A stretch of DNA of 64,000 nt from Candidatus Bathyarchaeota archaeon (lineage in GTDB: Archaea; Thermoproteota; Bathyarchaeia; Bathyarchaeales; Bathycorpusculaceae): positions 480,001 through 544,000 of the forward strand of contig CAWABA010000006.1 in NCBI GenBank assembly GCA_963780185.1, in the 5' to 3' direction. The notes beneath the pieces were generated by a model. The model was given only the letters and a program-made list of their open reading frames with translations. It did not search any database and had not been told where the DNA came from. The position numbers and the translations under genes are program-made. Shown one piece after another: positions 49,368 to 60,834 of this stretch. Positions within the stretch are counted from its first letter, which is position 1. Each line of letters opens with the position of its first letter.

Positions 49368-50582
49368 TCAGCGCTGGAGCGAAAGAGACTTCAAGGCTTC
49401 TTGAGCCGCCATGGCAGGGGCGTCTGTCCTCAGGGCTCTGGGGCTGAAATGAGTCGGAACAGCTTGGAAACCCCGCTGCTTGAGCGCCTCGGCGAAGGCT
49501 TGTACTGAGGGGGAAGGGAGACCGAGTTTTTGGCTTAGCTTGTCAAGCACGTAGTACGTCATTGGGGCTTGAGCTTCTTGTTTTGTCAATGAAAGAAGTT
49601 TTGAGATTCGAGCGTTACCTTTGAAGGCGACCCGTTGGTTTTCTTTAATCATCAGGTCAACGAATTTTTGGTCAAAGATGCTTCCAAGCCAAAGTGGACC
49701 CGCGTAATCCATTTTTGAGCCGCATTCGGGGCACGTCAGGTTGCCGAACGGTTGACGCGTTGTTTCTCGGTGGAGGCAGTTGAAGCAATGCAGTATGTAC
49801 CCGAGGGTTTTGACGCTTTCGTCGCCTCTCTCCGCGCCATAGGAGATTTGAGTGTAAAGCCTGATGTAGTGTTCGCTGCTGTGGCTGAAAACCACATGAA
49901 TCCCAATGTCATGCTTTGCAGCCAACGTTGCGGTGCAGCCTGCTAAAAGCCTAACGGCAAGTTCATGGCAGTACTCGGTGCGCAGGGGTTTTCCGCCGTA
50001 TTTTCGGATACAGGCTTTCTGGTGTACCCCGCATAGCGGCGCCAAGTCAGTGGCGGTTGAAGCCAGCAAACCATGATTTCGAAGCGCTCTTAGAGCTGAA
50101 CCCAAGAACGGGGCAGGAGTACCGAAAGGGTCAACATCAACGATGTCAAAGCGTTTCTTGGGCGAGGCATTGCAGCTTAAAGTGCAGTTTGCATCCCTAT
50201 GCTTAACCGTAACCACGTTTTCCAGTCCGTTAAGTCGCACGTTGTGCTCTGCGACTTTGAATGCCCGCTCGTTGATGTCGCTGATTAAAACTCTGTTTAC
50301 GCCTTCAACCTCTTTGGCGAAGCGGATGCCTCGGATTCCTTGGCTGGTTAAGGGTTCGCAGATGCTGATTTCCCTGCCGACCATGCGTTGGTAGGCTTGG
50401 AAGGCCAGAACCGAGAGGTCACGGTTGAACTCCATAACTGGGTTGTAGAAAACAGGCGCTTTAGAAGGCGCATAATCCGAGGGGCTGATAGCGTAGGCTT
50501 CAAGTTTAGGCACTAAGACATGCACTTTGCCTTCCCTGATTATTTCGCTTGGAAAATCAGGTGTATAGACGCTGTCTGCCAT
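49368..50582 (-). CDS. trm1: tRNA (guanine26-N2)-dimethyltransferase Trm1
   Basis: VFYNPVMEFNRDLS, GIRGIR, VDVDPFGTP, TATDLAPLCG, CPECG and GPLWLG. Confidence 0.96.
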   Translation of the reverse strand: MADSVYTPDFPSEIIREGKVHVLVPKLEAYAISPSDYAPSKAPVFYNPVMEFNRDLSVLAFQAYQRMVGREISICEPLTSQGIRGIRFAKEVEGVNRVLISDINERAFKVAEHNVRLNGLENVVTVKHRDANCTLSCNASPKKRFDIVDVDPFGTPAPFLGSALRALRNHGLLASTATDLAPLCGVHQKACIRKYGGKPLRTEYCHELAVRLLAGCTATLAAKHDIGIHVVFSHSSEHYIRLYTQISYGAERGDESVKTLGYILHCFNCLHRETTRQPFGNLTCPECGSKMDYAGPLWLGSIFDQKFVDLMIKENQRVAFKGNARISKLLSLTKQEAQAPMTYYVLDKLSQKLGLPSPSVQAFAEALKQRGFQAVPTHFSPRALRTDAPAMAAQEALKSLSLQR

Positions 50583-50663
50583 GTGTTTGGTTCCCAGCTG
50601 GGTTTGCTTATGAAAAGAATTTTATCGGCATATTAGACTTCTGGTTAGTGTGGTGCGAAACGG

Positions 50664-51221
50664 TTGCAGAAGCGGGTTTTGCTCATAACAGGTGCCCCAG
50701 GCGTCGGGAAAACAACGGTGCTTTCCAAAACGGTGGAAGCTCTTAGAGCGCAGGGGGTTTCGGTCGGCGGCATGATTAGCCGTGAAGCAAGAGAAGGCAA
50801 CGTGCGGGTAGGCTTTGAAATCATCGATTTAACCAACGACGAGCACGGGTGGCTAGCACATGTTGACCAGAAGGTTGGTCCGAAAGTCGGCAAGTACCAT
50901 GTGAACATTGAAGACCTCGAAAACGTAGGCGTAAGAGCCATCGTGGAAGCCGCTGAAAAATGCGATGTTGTGGCGATTGATGAGATTGGTCCCATGGAGC
51001 TGTACTCGGAAAAGTTCAAGGAGGCTGTAAATTTGGCGCTGCTGAGCGGAAAGCTGGTTTTAGCAGTGATGCATGCGAAAGCCAAAGACGCATTAATCTG
51101 CGAGGCGAAACAAAGGGAAGACGCTGAAATTTTCTCCATAAATATAGCCAACCGTGAGGCTTTGCCTGAAAAGCTGAAAAAGCAGGTGCAGGCAGTTCTC
51201 AAAACTCAGCAGGTTACGTGA
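50664..51221 (+). CDS. Nucleoside-triphosphatase (NTPase_1/THEP1 family)
   Basis: ITGAPGVGKTT, RVGF, VGKY.V and IDEIGPMEL. Confidence 0.93.
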   Translation: MQKRVLLITGAPGVGKTTVLSKTVEALRAQGVSVGGMISREAREGNVRVGFEIIDLTNDEHGWLAHVDQKVGPKVGKYHVNIEDLENVGVRAIVEAAEKCDVVAIDEIGPMELYSEKFKEAVNLALLSGKLVLAVMHAKAKDALICEAKQREDAEIFSINIANREALPEKLKKQVQAVLKTQQVT

Positions 51222-51568
51222 ATTAACGCTACAAATTTCCTTTGCTCTTTCTCGATTTCGCCGATTGCTCGGGGCGTAGGCAGGATTGTCGCGTTGTACT
51301 TTTTTAGAATCTCAAGAGCTTTCGGCGTTATGGGCAAGGCGGCTTCATGTCCCGTGCCAATGTACAGGGCTTCGAATTGTTCCGTGGGTAGAAATTCGAG
51401 TTCGCGTTCAGAAAGAGGCGTATGACCGTACTCGGGCTTTAGGTTTTTGGATTTCTTTTTTTCCCTTTTCGTGATTGACCCATTGGAATGGATTACGATG
51501 TCTTTTTCGTATTTTTCCCCGTTGACCTTAATCCACCCAAACTTCGATTTGAAAGATAAAGTTTTCAT
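51206..51568 (-). CDS. Mth938-like domain protein
   Basis: FGWIKVNGEKYEKDIVI, YIGTG, TPRAI and ALIHVTC. Confidence 0.85.
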   Translation of the reverse strand: MKTLSFKSKFGWIKVNGEKYEKDIVIHSNGSITKREKKKSKNLKPEYGHTPLSERELEFLPTEQFEALYIGTGHEAALPITPKALEILKKYNATILPTPRAIGEIEKEQRKFVALIHVTC

Positions 51569-51580
51569 AAGCTAATCAAA

Positions 51581-51901
51581 CTAGTATTGTCGCAATCTTA
51601 TTTTGGTTTTTTGCCGTGCGCTTTGTTGCTTTTTTGGGTTAGCGTTAGGTTTTGTTTTTTCGGGTTTAGAGGGTTCATCCCAGTACTTGTCAAATTCTTC
51701 GGGTGACATGATATCTAAGGTTTGTAGTTGCTGGCTGAAAGCGTCGAGGGCGCAGCGGTTGTTTAGGTGCGCGTGGTAAACTTCGATGAGAAGGTTAATT
51801 GCCATTGATTTAGAGATGGGTTTTTTAGCCATGAAAGTTAATTCTTCCGCTGCTTTAGCTAAATCGTCATCGATTTTATCGGGCAAAACAAGGGTTTTCA
51901 T
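51581..51901 (-). CDS. Hypothetical protein (RHH-like N-terminus)
   Basis: MKTLVLPDKIDDDLAKAAEEL...ISKSMAINLLI. Confidence 0.65.
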   Translation of the reverse strand: MKTLVLPDKIDDDLAKAAEELTFMAKKPISKSMAINLLIEVYHAHLNNRCALDAFSQQLQTLDIMSPEEFDKYWDEPSKPEKTKPNANPKKQQSARQKTKIRLRQY

Positions 51902-51909
51902 GACATCGC

Positions 51910-52455
51910 CTACAAGCTCTTTGCTACTTGCTCCGCATCCTTTTTAATCTTCGCCAAATCCTCCGCCGTCGGCTTCCCACGGATGTCGCCGAGCTTGCCC
52001 AAGGTGCTGTTGTCTTCTCTTCCATGAAACTCGCCAACAACGTACCATTCGCCGACCACTGTGAAGCCGAAATGCTCAAAGTACTGCCGCATCGTCTTTC
52101 CAGCAGGCGTCGCCTCATCAATTCCCGTGTGGGGTCCCGAATAGGTGACGAAAACCAGCGCGTTTTTGCCCGGCACTTTTGGGGCGCAAGGCTTGATTTT
52201 TCCTTGGCTGCGGTAAAGGTTCAGCTTAGCCTTCAGCAAGTCAGCTATCGGCTGGGCAGGCTGCCACTGAATCGAGGGCGAACCGACACAGACCAAATCA
52301 TAAGCGTAAAAATCCAGTTTGTCGGCTTCTTGGGGCTTTTTTAACTCAACGCGGAATCCTGCTGCCTCCAAGCCGACTTGTATTGCGTAGGCAACTTTCT
52401 GGGTGTTTCCCGTGCTTGACCAGTAAACTATTAACGCGGACTTCAAACCTGACAC
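51910..52455 (-). CDS. Flavodoxin family protein
   Basis: IVYWSSTGNTQKVA and VCVGSP. Confidence 0.9.
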   Translation of the reverse strand: MSGLKSALIVYWSSTGNTQKVAYAIQVGLEAAGFRVELKKPQEADKLDFYAYDLVCVGSPSIQWQPAQPIADLLKAKLNLYRSQGKIKPCAPKVPGKNALVFVTYSGPHTGIDEATPAGKTMRQYFEHFGFTVVGEWYVVGEFHGREDNSTLGKLGDIRGKPTAEDLAKIKKDAEQVAKSL

Positions 52456-52558
52456 ACTTCTGTAGCCTCTAACAGAACGGCAAGAGTGTTTTAGATTTAT
52501 CGGTGTGTCAGTTTAAAGTATAAATATCGTGTTAGCCATAGCTTCAAGTAAGTTTTAG

Positions 52559-53806
52559 GTGACACATTTGCGAATAGGCTTCTTCGTTTATGAATATCCG
52601 CCGCAGACGGTTGGCGGCTTAGGCACCTACGCTGAAAACATAGCCCATGAATACGTTGACATCGGGCATGACGTTTCAGTCTTCACGCTCAACAACAACG
52701 GTTTGAAAACAAGGGAAATCCTGCGAGGCGTGGAAGTGCATCGTCCCCAGATAGCCGACGCAAGCAACATCTGGCCTTTCTTCGTTGTCGACGACCTCAA
52801 GAAATGGGGAACCAACATCAAACTCTTCAACGACATCTTCATCTACAACATTTTGAGCGCAACCAAATTCATAAACGGCTTAATTAAAAAAGAAAAATAC
52901 AATTTCGACGTCGTCTGCGTCCACGATTGGCTCAGCAGCATCGCCGGCTTAGTAATCAAGAACGAAACCCAGATACCGGTGGTTTTCCACACGCACAGCA
53001 CGGAGTGGGGGAGAAGCGGTGGAGGAGGCTCCGAAGTTGTCTCCCATTTGGAGCGAGCGATGTCGCAAAACGCAGACAAAATAATAACCGTTAGCTACGC
53101 GATGCAGGACGACCTTGTGAAACATGGGTGGTCGCCTTCAAAAATAAGCGTTGTCTGGAACGGTGTTGACCCAGAAATGTACAATCCAGCGCATATAAGC
53201 AAGGAGGAAGTCAACGAAATCAGGACTAAATACGGCATTCCTGACGGTTGGAACATGCTCCTTTTTGTCGGAAGGCTAACTTGGGTGAAAGGTGTTCACA
53301 ACCTTTTGCAGGCGATGCCTCTTGTTTTGAAAGAGAACCCTAACACTAAACTGGTCATCTTAGGCAAGGGCGACGAACAAACTGACATCACTGAAACGGC
53401 CGAACGCCTAGGAATTCAAGACAAAATCGTTTACCGATTCGACTTCGTGCCTGAACAGGAACGCATTCTGCATTATGCGGCTTCTGACGTCTGCATTTTC
53501 CCCTCAACCTACGAGCCTTTCGGCATAGTGAGTTTGGAAGCAATGTCTATGGAGAAACCTGTCGTTGTAGGCGCAAGAGGCGTGGTCGGCTTCAAAGAGC
53601 AAGTGGTCAACAGTGGACCCGATCAAAACGGAGTGCACATCAACGGCGAAGACCCAGCAGACATAGCTTGGGGAATAAACGTAACTCTAAAAGACCCCGA
53701 ACAAGCCAAAAACTGGGGCGAAAACGGCAGACGAAGAGTAATAGAGTATTTTACGTGGCGGAAAGTCGCTGAAGAAACAAGCAAAATCTACGAGTCACTA
53801 ATATAG
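52559..53806 (+). CDS. GT4 glycosyltransferase (glycogen synthase-like)
   Basis: EYPP..VGGLG, HDWL, HSTE.GR, VGRL..VKG and YEPFGIVSLEAM. Confidence 0.92.
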   Translation: MTHLRIGFFVYEYPPQTVGGLGTYAENIAHEYVDIGHDVSVFTLNNNGLKTREILRGVEVHRPQIADASNIWPFFVVDDLKKWGTNIKLFNDIFIYNILSATKFINGLIKKEKYNFDVVCVHDWLSSIAGLVIKNETQIPVVFHTHSTEWGRSGGGGSEVVSHLERAMSQNADKIITVSYAMQDDLVKHGWSPSKISVVWNGVDPEMYNPAHISKEEVNEIRTKYGIPDGWNMLLFVGRLTWVKGVHNLLQAMPLVLKENPNTKLVILGKGDEQTDITETAERLGIQDKIVYRFDFVPEQERILHYAASDVCIFPSTYEPFGIVSLEAMSMEKPVVVGARGVVGFKEQVVNSGPDQNGVHINGEDPADIAWGINVTLKDPEQAKNWGENGRRRVIEYFTWRKVAEETSKIYESLI

Positions 53807-53837
53807 ACAAAAAGAAGACGGGAAAGAAAAGATTAGG

Positions 53838-54812
53838 CTAAGTTGCCAGCATATCAGCGACTTCAAGCAGTCTCAAATCGATCGGCTTCCGTTCCCTAGC
53901 CGCTTTCTCCAACTCGAAACCCACAATCTCGCCGTTTTTCAATCCAACCGCCATGTTGCCTTTCCCCTCGCAGATTAAATCAACCGCTTTCTCCGCAAAC
54001 AAACTAGCCAGCAGCCTGCTGCGTGCAGTTGGGCTTCCGCCGCGCTGTGCATACCCAAGAATGGACAGCCGCACTTCAGCTTCTGTCTGCTGCTGCATTT
54101 CCGAGGCAAGCTTGCTTGAGTTACCGCAGCCTTCCGCCGCCACAATGATTCCTGCGCGTTTGCCTTTTTTGGCGTTATCCTCCATCATCTTAACTATTTC
54201 GTCAAGGCTCAAGGGGCGTTCTGGAATCAGAATGACCTCTGCGCCCACGCAGATGCCTACTTCCAACGCTAAGAACCCTCTTTTGCGGCCCATCACTTCA
54301 ACAATGAATACTCTCTCATGAGAAATCGCCGTGTCTCTGATTTTGTCTATGGCGCCCACAGCCGTGTTGACTGCGGTGTCAAAGCCGATTGTCTCATCAG
54401 TTCCGTAAACATCATTGTCGATTGTGGCGGGGATGCCGACCATCAACGCATCGGTTTCCCTGCTCAGGTCAAGCGCGCCCCTGAAGGAACCGTCGCCGCC
54501 GATAACGACCAAACCGTCTACATTGTTAATCGATAATGTTTCTGCCCCCTTCTCGACGCCGCCTTCTTCCTCGAAGCTTGCGCACCGCAAAGTGTGAAGT
54601 ATGGTTCCACCCAGCTGAATTATGCCGCCGACGCTTCGCGGAGTCAGCTTTCTGCAAGAATTCGTCAAAAGTCCATCCCAACCCCGCTGGAAACCTATAA
54701 CTTGAAAACCCTTCGCATGGGCAATTCGTGTTACTGCTCGGATAGCAGCGTTCATTCCTGGAGCGTCGCCGCCTGAAGTCACGACGCCAATAGTCTTCGC
54801 CAAACCCATCAA
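53838..54812 (-). CDS. pfkA: ATP-dependent 6-phosphofructokinase (PfkA family)
   Basis: TSGGDAPGMNAAIR, GGDGS, PATIDND, TIGFDTA, VEVMGR and QRGGSP. Confidence 0.95.
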   Translation of the reverse strand: MMGLAKTIGVVTSGGDAPGMNAAIRAVTRIAHAKGFQVIGFQRGWDGLLTNSCRKLTPRSVGGIIQLGGTILHTLRCASFEEEGGVEKGAETLSINNVDGLVVIGGDGSFRGALDLSRETDALMVGIPATIDNDVYGTDETIGFDTAVNTAVGAIDKIRDTAISHERVFIVEVMGRKRGFLALEVGICVGAEVILIPERPLSLDEIVKMMEDNAKKGKRAGIIVAAEGCGNSSKLASEMQQQTEAEVRLSILGYAQRGGSPTARSRLLASLFAEKAVDLICEGKGNMAVGLKNGEIVGFELEKAARERKPIDLRLLEVADMLAT

Positions 54813-54944
54813 ATCTCCTTAAGGCATACAGTTTCCTGTTACAAACCACCTAACATTTCTTGCATAGGGATTAAAACGTTTAGTATTGCAAATATTGAGG
54901 GGGTTTTTTGCTGGGTTATTTTTGGGTTGCTTTGGCTGTGTTTT

Positions 54945-55133
54945 TTTTTAGTTGCGACTTTTGTTTTTGGATAAGTTGCGACTTTCGCCTCTGGCAGGTT
55001 GCGTTCCCTGTTGTTTTTTTGGTTTAGGCTTAGCTTCTGCTTTTTTACTGGTCGTGTACACGGGCGAAATGCGACTTCGCCATGTTGAGTCAACATAGAC
55101 GTCACTGTCAAACACGGGCGGATTAGGCGGTTC
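54945..55133 (-). repeat. Dispersed ~190-bp element, copy B
   Basis: Reverse complement aligns to 35046-35240; motifs GTTGCGACTT at 54951 and 54975 and ATGCGACTT at 55069. Confidence 0.8.
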
Positions 55134-56623
55134 ATAGGTTGCCTTGAAGCTGGTTCCCTGTCGCTTTCAGCTCCTCCAATATGCTGTTGAACTGCTCCAG
55201 CGCCGCCTGCAGGTTCTCCGCTATCTCCGCCGCCAAAACCTCTGGGGCAGGCAGGTTATCTGTGTCTTCGAGGCTTTCGTCTTTGAGCCAGAAAATATCC
55301 AAATTCGCCTTGTCACGCTGCATAAGCTCCCCGTAGGTGAAGGCTTTGAAGCGCTCCGCCTCTTCGCGTTCATGACGGTTCTGGGGGTTGTAGCATTTGA
55401 TGAAGTCTTCCAAATCCTTGTAGGCTAAGCTGGCTGGTTTTAAGGGTGAAATGCTTGTTGGTTCGCAAATCATATATCCACAGTTTCTGTGTCCAAGGCG
55501 TCTCGCTGGCAGGTTTACGGTCAAAAAAAAGCACATTCGCCTTCACACCCTGAGCATAAAAAATCCCCGTAGGCAACCGAAGAAGCGTATGAACATCGCA
55601 TTCATGAAGAATCCTACGCCTAACCGTCTCCCCCGCCCCACCCTCAAAAAGCACATTGTCAGGAACCACGATGGCTGCTTTACCGTTAATTTCAAGAAGC
55701 GTCTTAACATGCTGCAAAAAATTAAGCTGCTTATTGCTGCTTGTCGCCCAAAAATCCTGCCGCTCATAACTCAAAGCTTCCCTATCTGCCCTACCATCCC
55801 CGTTAGTCAGGGTAACGCTACTTTTCTTGCCAAACGGCGGATTAGTCAAAACCATATCAAAGCGCGTGCCCGGGTCAGAAATAAGAGAATCCCCCGTTTC
55901 AATAGGGCAAGGCTGGTCAACTTCGCCATCTATACCATGAAGAAACAGGTTCATAACGCATAACCGCACCACCCCATCAACTATGTCTTTGCCAGTGAAC
56001 GTTTTGAAACGCAAGAAACGTTTTTGCTCCAAATCAAGCTCAGGATTAGCCGACAGATAATTATGCGCAGCTATAATGAATCCGCCCGTGCCGCAAGCTG
56101 GGTCATTAATTCTCATGCCAGGTTTAGGCTGCATAACCTCAACCATAGCCTTGATTAGCTGACGAGGCGTGAAATACTGTCCCGCTCCGCCTTTGACGTC
56201 TTCTGCGTTCTTTTGAAGCAAGCCTTCGTAGATTTCGCCTTTCACATCTATATCCATGCCAAGCCAAGTTTCGCCGTTGATTAATTCGAGGAGGCGTTTG
56301 AGTTTGGCTGGGTCTTGGATTTTGTTTTGGGCTTTGCGGAAGATGACGCCTAACATTCCTTTCTCTTTTCCCAAAGCTTCCAGCAGGTGGCGATAATGGG
56401 TTTCCAGCTCAGTGCCATCTTTGGAAATGAGGCTTGCCCAATCCAAATCGTTCGGTATAGTGGATGGCTTGTTGAAGGGCGGCTTTGTCTGCTCATCAGC
56501 CATCTTTAGGAAAAGCAAGTAGGTAAGCTGCTCGACGTAATCGCCATAACTAACCCCGTCATCTCTAAGGACATTACAATAATTCCAAACTCTCTGAACA
56601 ATAGGTGCCGCTTCACTTGACAT
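55132..56623 (-). CDS. hsdM: Type I R-M methyltransferase HsdM; frameshift near 55430
   Basis: YVEQLTYLLFLKMADE, GQYFTPR, DPACGTGG, NPPF and RLPTGIFY / NLDIFWLKD. Confidence 0.95.
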
Positions 56624-58086
56624 ATTTCAACAACTCCACTTGATTGTTTTTTGATTTATTTGTTAAGCGTTCAGCTTTAATATGCTCCAACAACCTCTCG
56701 GCAGGTTCATCATTTGGACTCTGAGGGACAAGCTTTCCCAAGAACGCATCTTTTAAGATACTTTGTCTCAAGTTGGTGGAATACGCCAATCCATGAGTAA
56801 CTAAAATTTCCACATTATACAACAAATCGAATTGGCGCTGGATTTCTTCAATAATTGCTCCTTGCTCCGGAATCGGTGGCAAGGGAACAATGGCATTTTG
56901 CAGAAAACGCACTGGAACCCTAAGTTGTCCTGCTGAACCTGTCATATTCATTTGTGCCTCTTTCCTGAAACCGTCTTGTTGCAAGTAGTGATAATACAAT
57001 TCAGGAATAATATTATCAAAGAATCGAATAACATGAAATTCAGTAGACCCAAAACCGACTCCGTTCTTTAAGCCTCTAACAACTGCAACTTTGCCATTCT
57101 CCATGCAAGGCGTTATCTTGGCGAAAATGACATCGCCATCCTCAAAGGAGGTAAAACCTTTCTTGACCTCCGCATATTTTTTAACTATCGTGCCATCAAA
57201 CTTTCCAGTTTTAGCTTCTACAGCTCTCATGGGCAAGAAAGATACCTCATAGTCACTGGGGTAACCTTCTTTTGGTAAGTTTGGGTTAATATCAGCGATA
57301 ATGGCTAACGCAGTTAGTTGCCAAGTTTCAGGTATACCTTCATTTGAAACACCGCTCTTCTCCAACTCTGCCTGTTGACCAATCCCTCTTTCTGTTTTAA
57401 TTCTATCTAAGAGTTTTTTTGCTGGTTCTATCTGGTCTTGATGTGTCTTTCGCCATTGTTCTGTTAGTTTGCCTTCAAACGCGTGTTTTAAGACTGCTTG
57501 GCGGTAACGCTTAAGCTGCGCCTGCACCGCACGCAGCGAGGCGACGCCAGCATCCAAAAAAGAAAACAACTCCTCAACCTTACCAACAATACGCTTTTGC
57601 TCAAGAGTGGGCGCAATCGGAATCGGAATTGTTGCAAACTTTGAAGCTGAAACTTCTTTAAACGTTGTTCCGCTTCCAAAACTCTCAGCCAAATTCTTAC
57701 TGGCCTTCAAATAGTGAAAAACGTACTCATTGAAAATACCTTTGTGGCAAATTAAGTTCTTAAATCCCTGGTTCGTTGCCAAAGGGCTTTCAGCAATAAC
57801 CACGTAACCAATAGGTGCGCGAGAAGAGAAAAGCACTGCTCCAGAGTGGCAATAAAACTGCAGAGGACGAGTGCAAACCTTTCTCAGAAATATTCTTCCT
57901 ACTTCGGCTAATCCTTTTGTTTTTATAGCCAGTAAGGTCAGCTGGCGTAACCCACGGAATTTCACCATCAAAATATTCAGGTTTGCTTGTGGAAGGTGTA
58001 CCGCCTGCTTTAACTAAGCCTATCTCACCGAGAGTAGACCAAGCCCAACCAGCTGGCAATTCTTTTTGATTACTCTCTTCCGTCAC
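56613..58086 (-). CDS. hsdS: Type I R-M specificity subunit HsdS; frameshift near 57845
   Basis: LPAGWAW, GGTPST / SSRAPIG, EQKRIV, IPETW, LPPIPEQ and LRQSILKDAF.GKLV; two target-recognition domains. Confidence 0.93.
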
Positions 58087-60834
58087 TTTGTTAGCACCGT
58101 GTTTAGTTCTTCGATTATGTTGTTTAGTTGTTGTCCGAAGAGTTGGTAGGCTTTGACTGCTCCGCCTTTCTGGTTAAAGGGCGATAGCTCGAAGGCGTCT
58201 AGGTTGATGTTTAGGCTGGTGGTTATGTGGTCTTTTATCATGTTGAGCCATTCTTTCTGTTCTGGCGTGAAGAGGTTGCCTTGGGCGTCTTGTTTGCTGA
58301 GCCATTCGGTGAAGTTGCGGTCTACTTCGTCTGGGAACGGCTCCAAAACGTTTGCTGAGCCGACGGCAAACCGTACCAAGGAGACTATGTTTGTTAGGAG
58401 TTTTTGCGGGCCTGCACCTTTGACTTTGGATGTTTCAAGTTGTTCGTAAGCCATCCATAACAGTTCAGGGGTCAGGTTGTATGGTGGCTTCTCTATGGCC
58501 TCAGCCAGTTGCTTAACTGCTTCAAACGTCAGTTGCTGTTGCCCAAAGGGTTTGCTGTAGAGAATCTGGAGTGCAATAAGTTCGTCTTTGTTTTGTTCTA
58601 TGAATTTTCGGAAGCTTTTAACTTGGTTGGTGGCTAGAATCATTTTTGCTTGAACATCAGGGCCTGCATAAATTAAAGTGTCTTTGCTTACCTCATCGAT
58701 TGTTTGTTCATTCTGCAGCTTTATTTCAAGAATTTTCTCCCTAAATTTGGGGTCATCAAAAAGCGTGCAAACACGCTTCGCCATTTCATCACCTGCTTTC
58801 TTAACCTGTTCAGGTGTGGGCTCGTCAGTTTTGAAAAGCGTTTTGGCGTTTTCCTCACGTTTGTCAGGGTCAACAGCGTCGAGTACTTCGTTGATTACTT
58901 GCCTTAGAGTTTTGCCTGGAATGGTTGCTTCAATTTCAGCTCTTTGTTTGATATCAATTTCTTTGCTAAAACTCGAGAGACGCCCCGCAAGGGAAGACAG
59001 CGTCTCTTCGTCGTGAATTCCTTGAGCAACAGACATCAAAAGTTTCTTGAATGGCACCGAGGGTTTACATTCAAGAGGGCGAGAATCGGTTTTGTCACTT
59101 TCACAAACGCCAACAGCATCAACAATCATAAAGTGAGTTTTATGTTTAGCATCATCAGAAACCCCTTTGAGGTCACTGTCCAATATGGTTCGGGTTCCAC
59201 GCCCCTTCATTTGTTCAAAATAAACGTTTGACCGCACATCCCTCATAAAAAGCAGACATTCCAAGGGTTTAATGTCTGTACCCGTGGAAATCATGTCAAC
59301 TGTAACGGCGATGCGTGGGTTATAGGAGTTTGCAAAGCTCTTAATGAGGCTCTTTGTGTTTTCTTGGGTTCTGTAAGTTATTTTCTTGCAGAAATCATTT
59401 CCTTTCCCAAATTCTTCTCTAACAATGCCCACTATATCTTCTGCGTGACTATCATCTTTTGCAAAAATCAGGGTTTTGGGAACGTTTGTTCTGCCTGGAA
59501 ATACCTCAGTAAATAATCGGTCTCTAAATGTTTGGATAACCAGTCGTATCTGGTCTTTAGCAACGACGTTTCTGTCTAATTCTTTTGCTTGGTAATCCAG
59601 AGGGCTATCAAGTTGTTCCCAACGCATCTTGCGGGTTAATCTGTCTCGCCTATCAACGTAGTTTCCAGCTTCAACCGTACTGCCCTGCTGCGTGATTTTT
59701 GTTTTGATACGGTAGACTTCATAGGGCACATTTACGTCGTCAGCAACTGCACGTGCGTGCCCATATTCCATGACAAGGTTTTGGTTAAAGAAGCCAAGCG
59801 TCTGCTTAGATGGTGTAGCTGTTAAGCCAACTATAAAGGCGTCAAAGTATTCGAGGACTTGCCGCCAAAGATTGTATATGGAGCGGTGGCACTCATCGAC
59901 AATTATGAAATCAAATTTCTCAATTGGAACTTGGGGATTATATTCTACTTCTACAGGCTTTAGATTGTCTGTGGCTGTTTCAAACCCTGAAACCTCTTCG
60001 TTTTCCTCAGCTAAATCCTGACCCCGCAGAATAGCATACAGACGCTGAATAGTTGTAATGCAAACGCGGCTTACATCATCAATGTTCCTTGAGGTTAGCC
60101 GTTGAACGTTATATATAGAAACAAATGAGCGTCCGTCATCAGGTGTCGCGTAGTTTTCAAATTCTGCGATGCGTTTGTTCGCCTAGGTTAGTTCTATCAA
60201 CCAAAAACAGGATGCGCTTGGCGTTAGCGTATTTGATTAGGCGGTAGGCTTCGGTGACGGCGGTGAAGGTTTTGCCGCTGCCACTAGCCATCTGGATAAG
60301 CGCGCGAGGCTTAGCTTCCTTGAGGGATAACTCTAGCCCATTGATGCCTTCAATTTGACATTTACGCAGCTTTTCTTCGTTTAAAGCCGGCAACTTGCAT
60401 AATCTGCTTCTCAGAGTATCTTCTTGATGCACCCACTCATGCAAGATTTCAGGTTTATGAAAAGCAAGCACCCGTCTCGAACGGAAATCAGGGTCACGAA
60501 TATCCCTAAAATAAGTCTCGGCTCCTGTACTCTCATAAGCAAACGGCAAAACGTCGCCTATGTGGGGGATTATTTCGGGGAAGTTTCTGAGGTATTTCTC
60601 TGTCTGCTCGGAAACGCCGCTTAGCGTTGTGCCTTCGGGTTTGGCTTCGACGACTCCGACGGCGTGGCGTTCAACAAAAAGCATGTAATCGGCAAAACCA
60701 GCCCTCAAAGGGTACTCCCGAACCGCGACGCCTAACCCAGCGCCAAGGTTCAACTCCTTGTAGTCCTGCACTTTCCAGCCTGCAAGGTCAAGCAAACGGT
60801 CAATGTTTTTGCGTGCTTCCTCTTCAGGCTTCAT
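58083..60834 (-). CDS. hsdR: Type I R-M restriction subunit HsdR (EcoEI-like C-terminus); frameshift near 60170
   Basis: ADYMLF...VVEAK nuclease motif, MASGSGKT, DECH, GLTATP, TGTDIK and QMKGRGTR. Confidence 0.94.

Noticed and set aside
55420-60180. Phase variation of the hsd genes
   Set aside because: The frameshifts are not in long simple-sequence tracts, there are no invertible hsdS repeats, and similar indels hit housekeeping proC.
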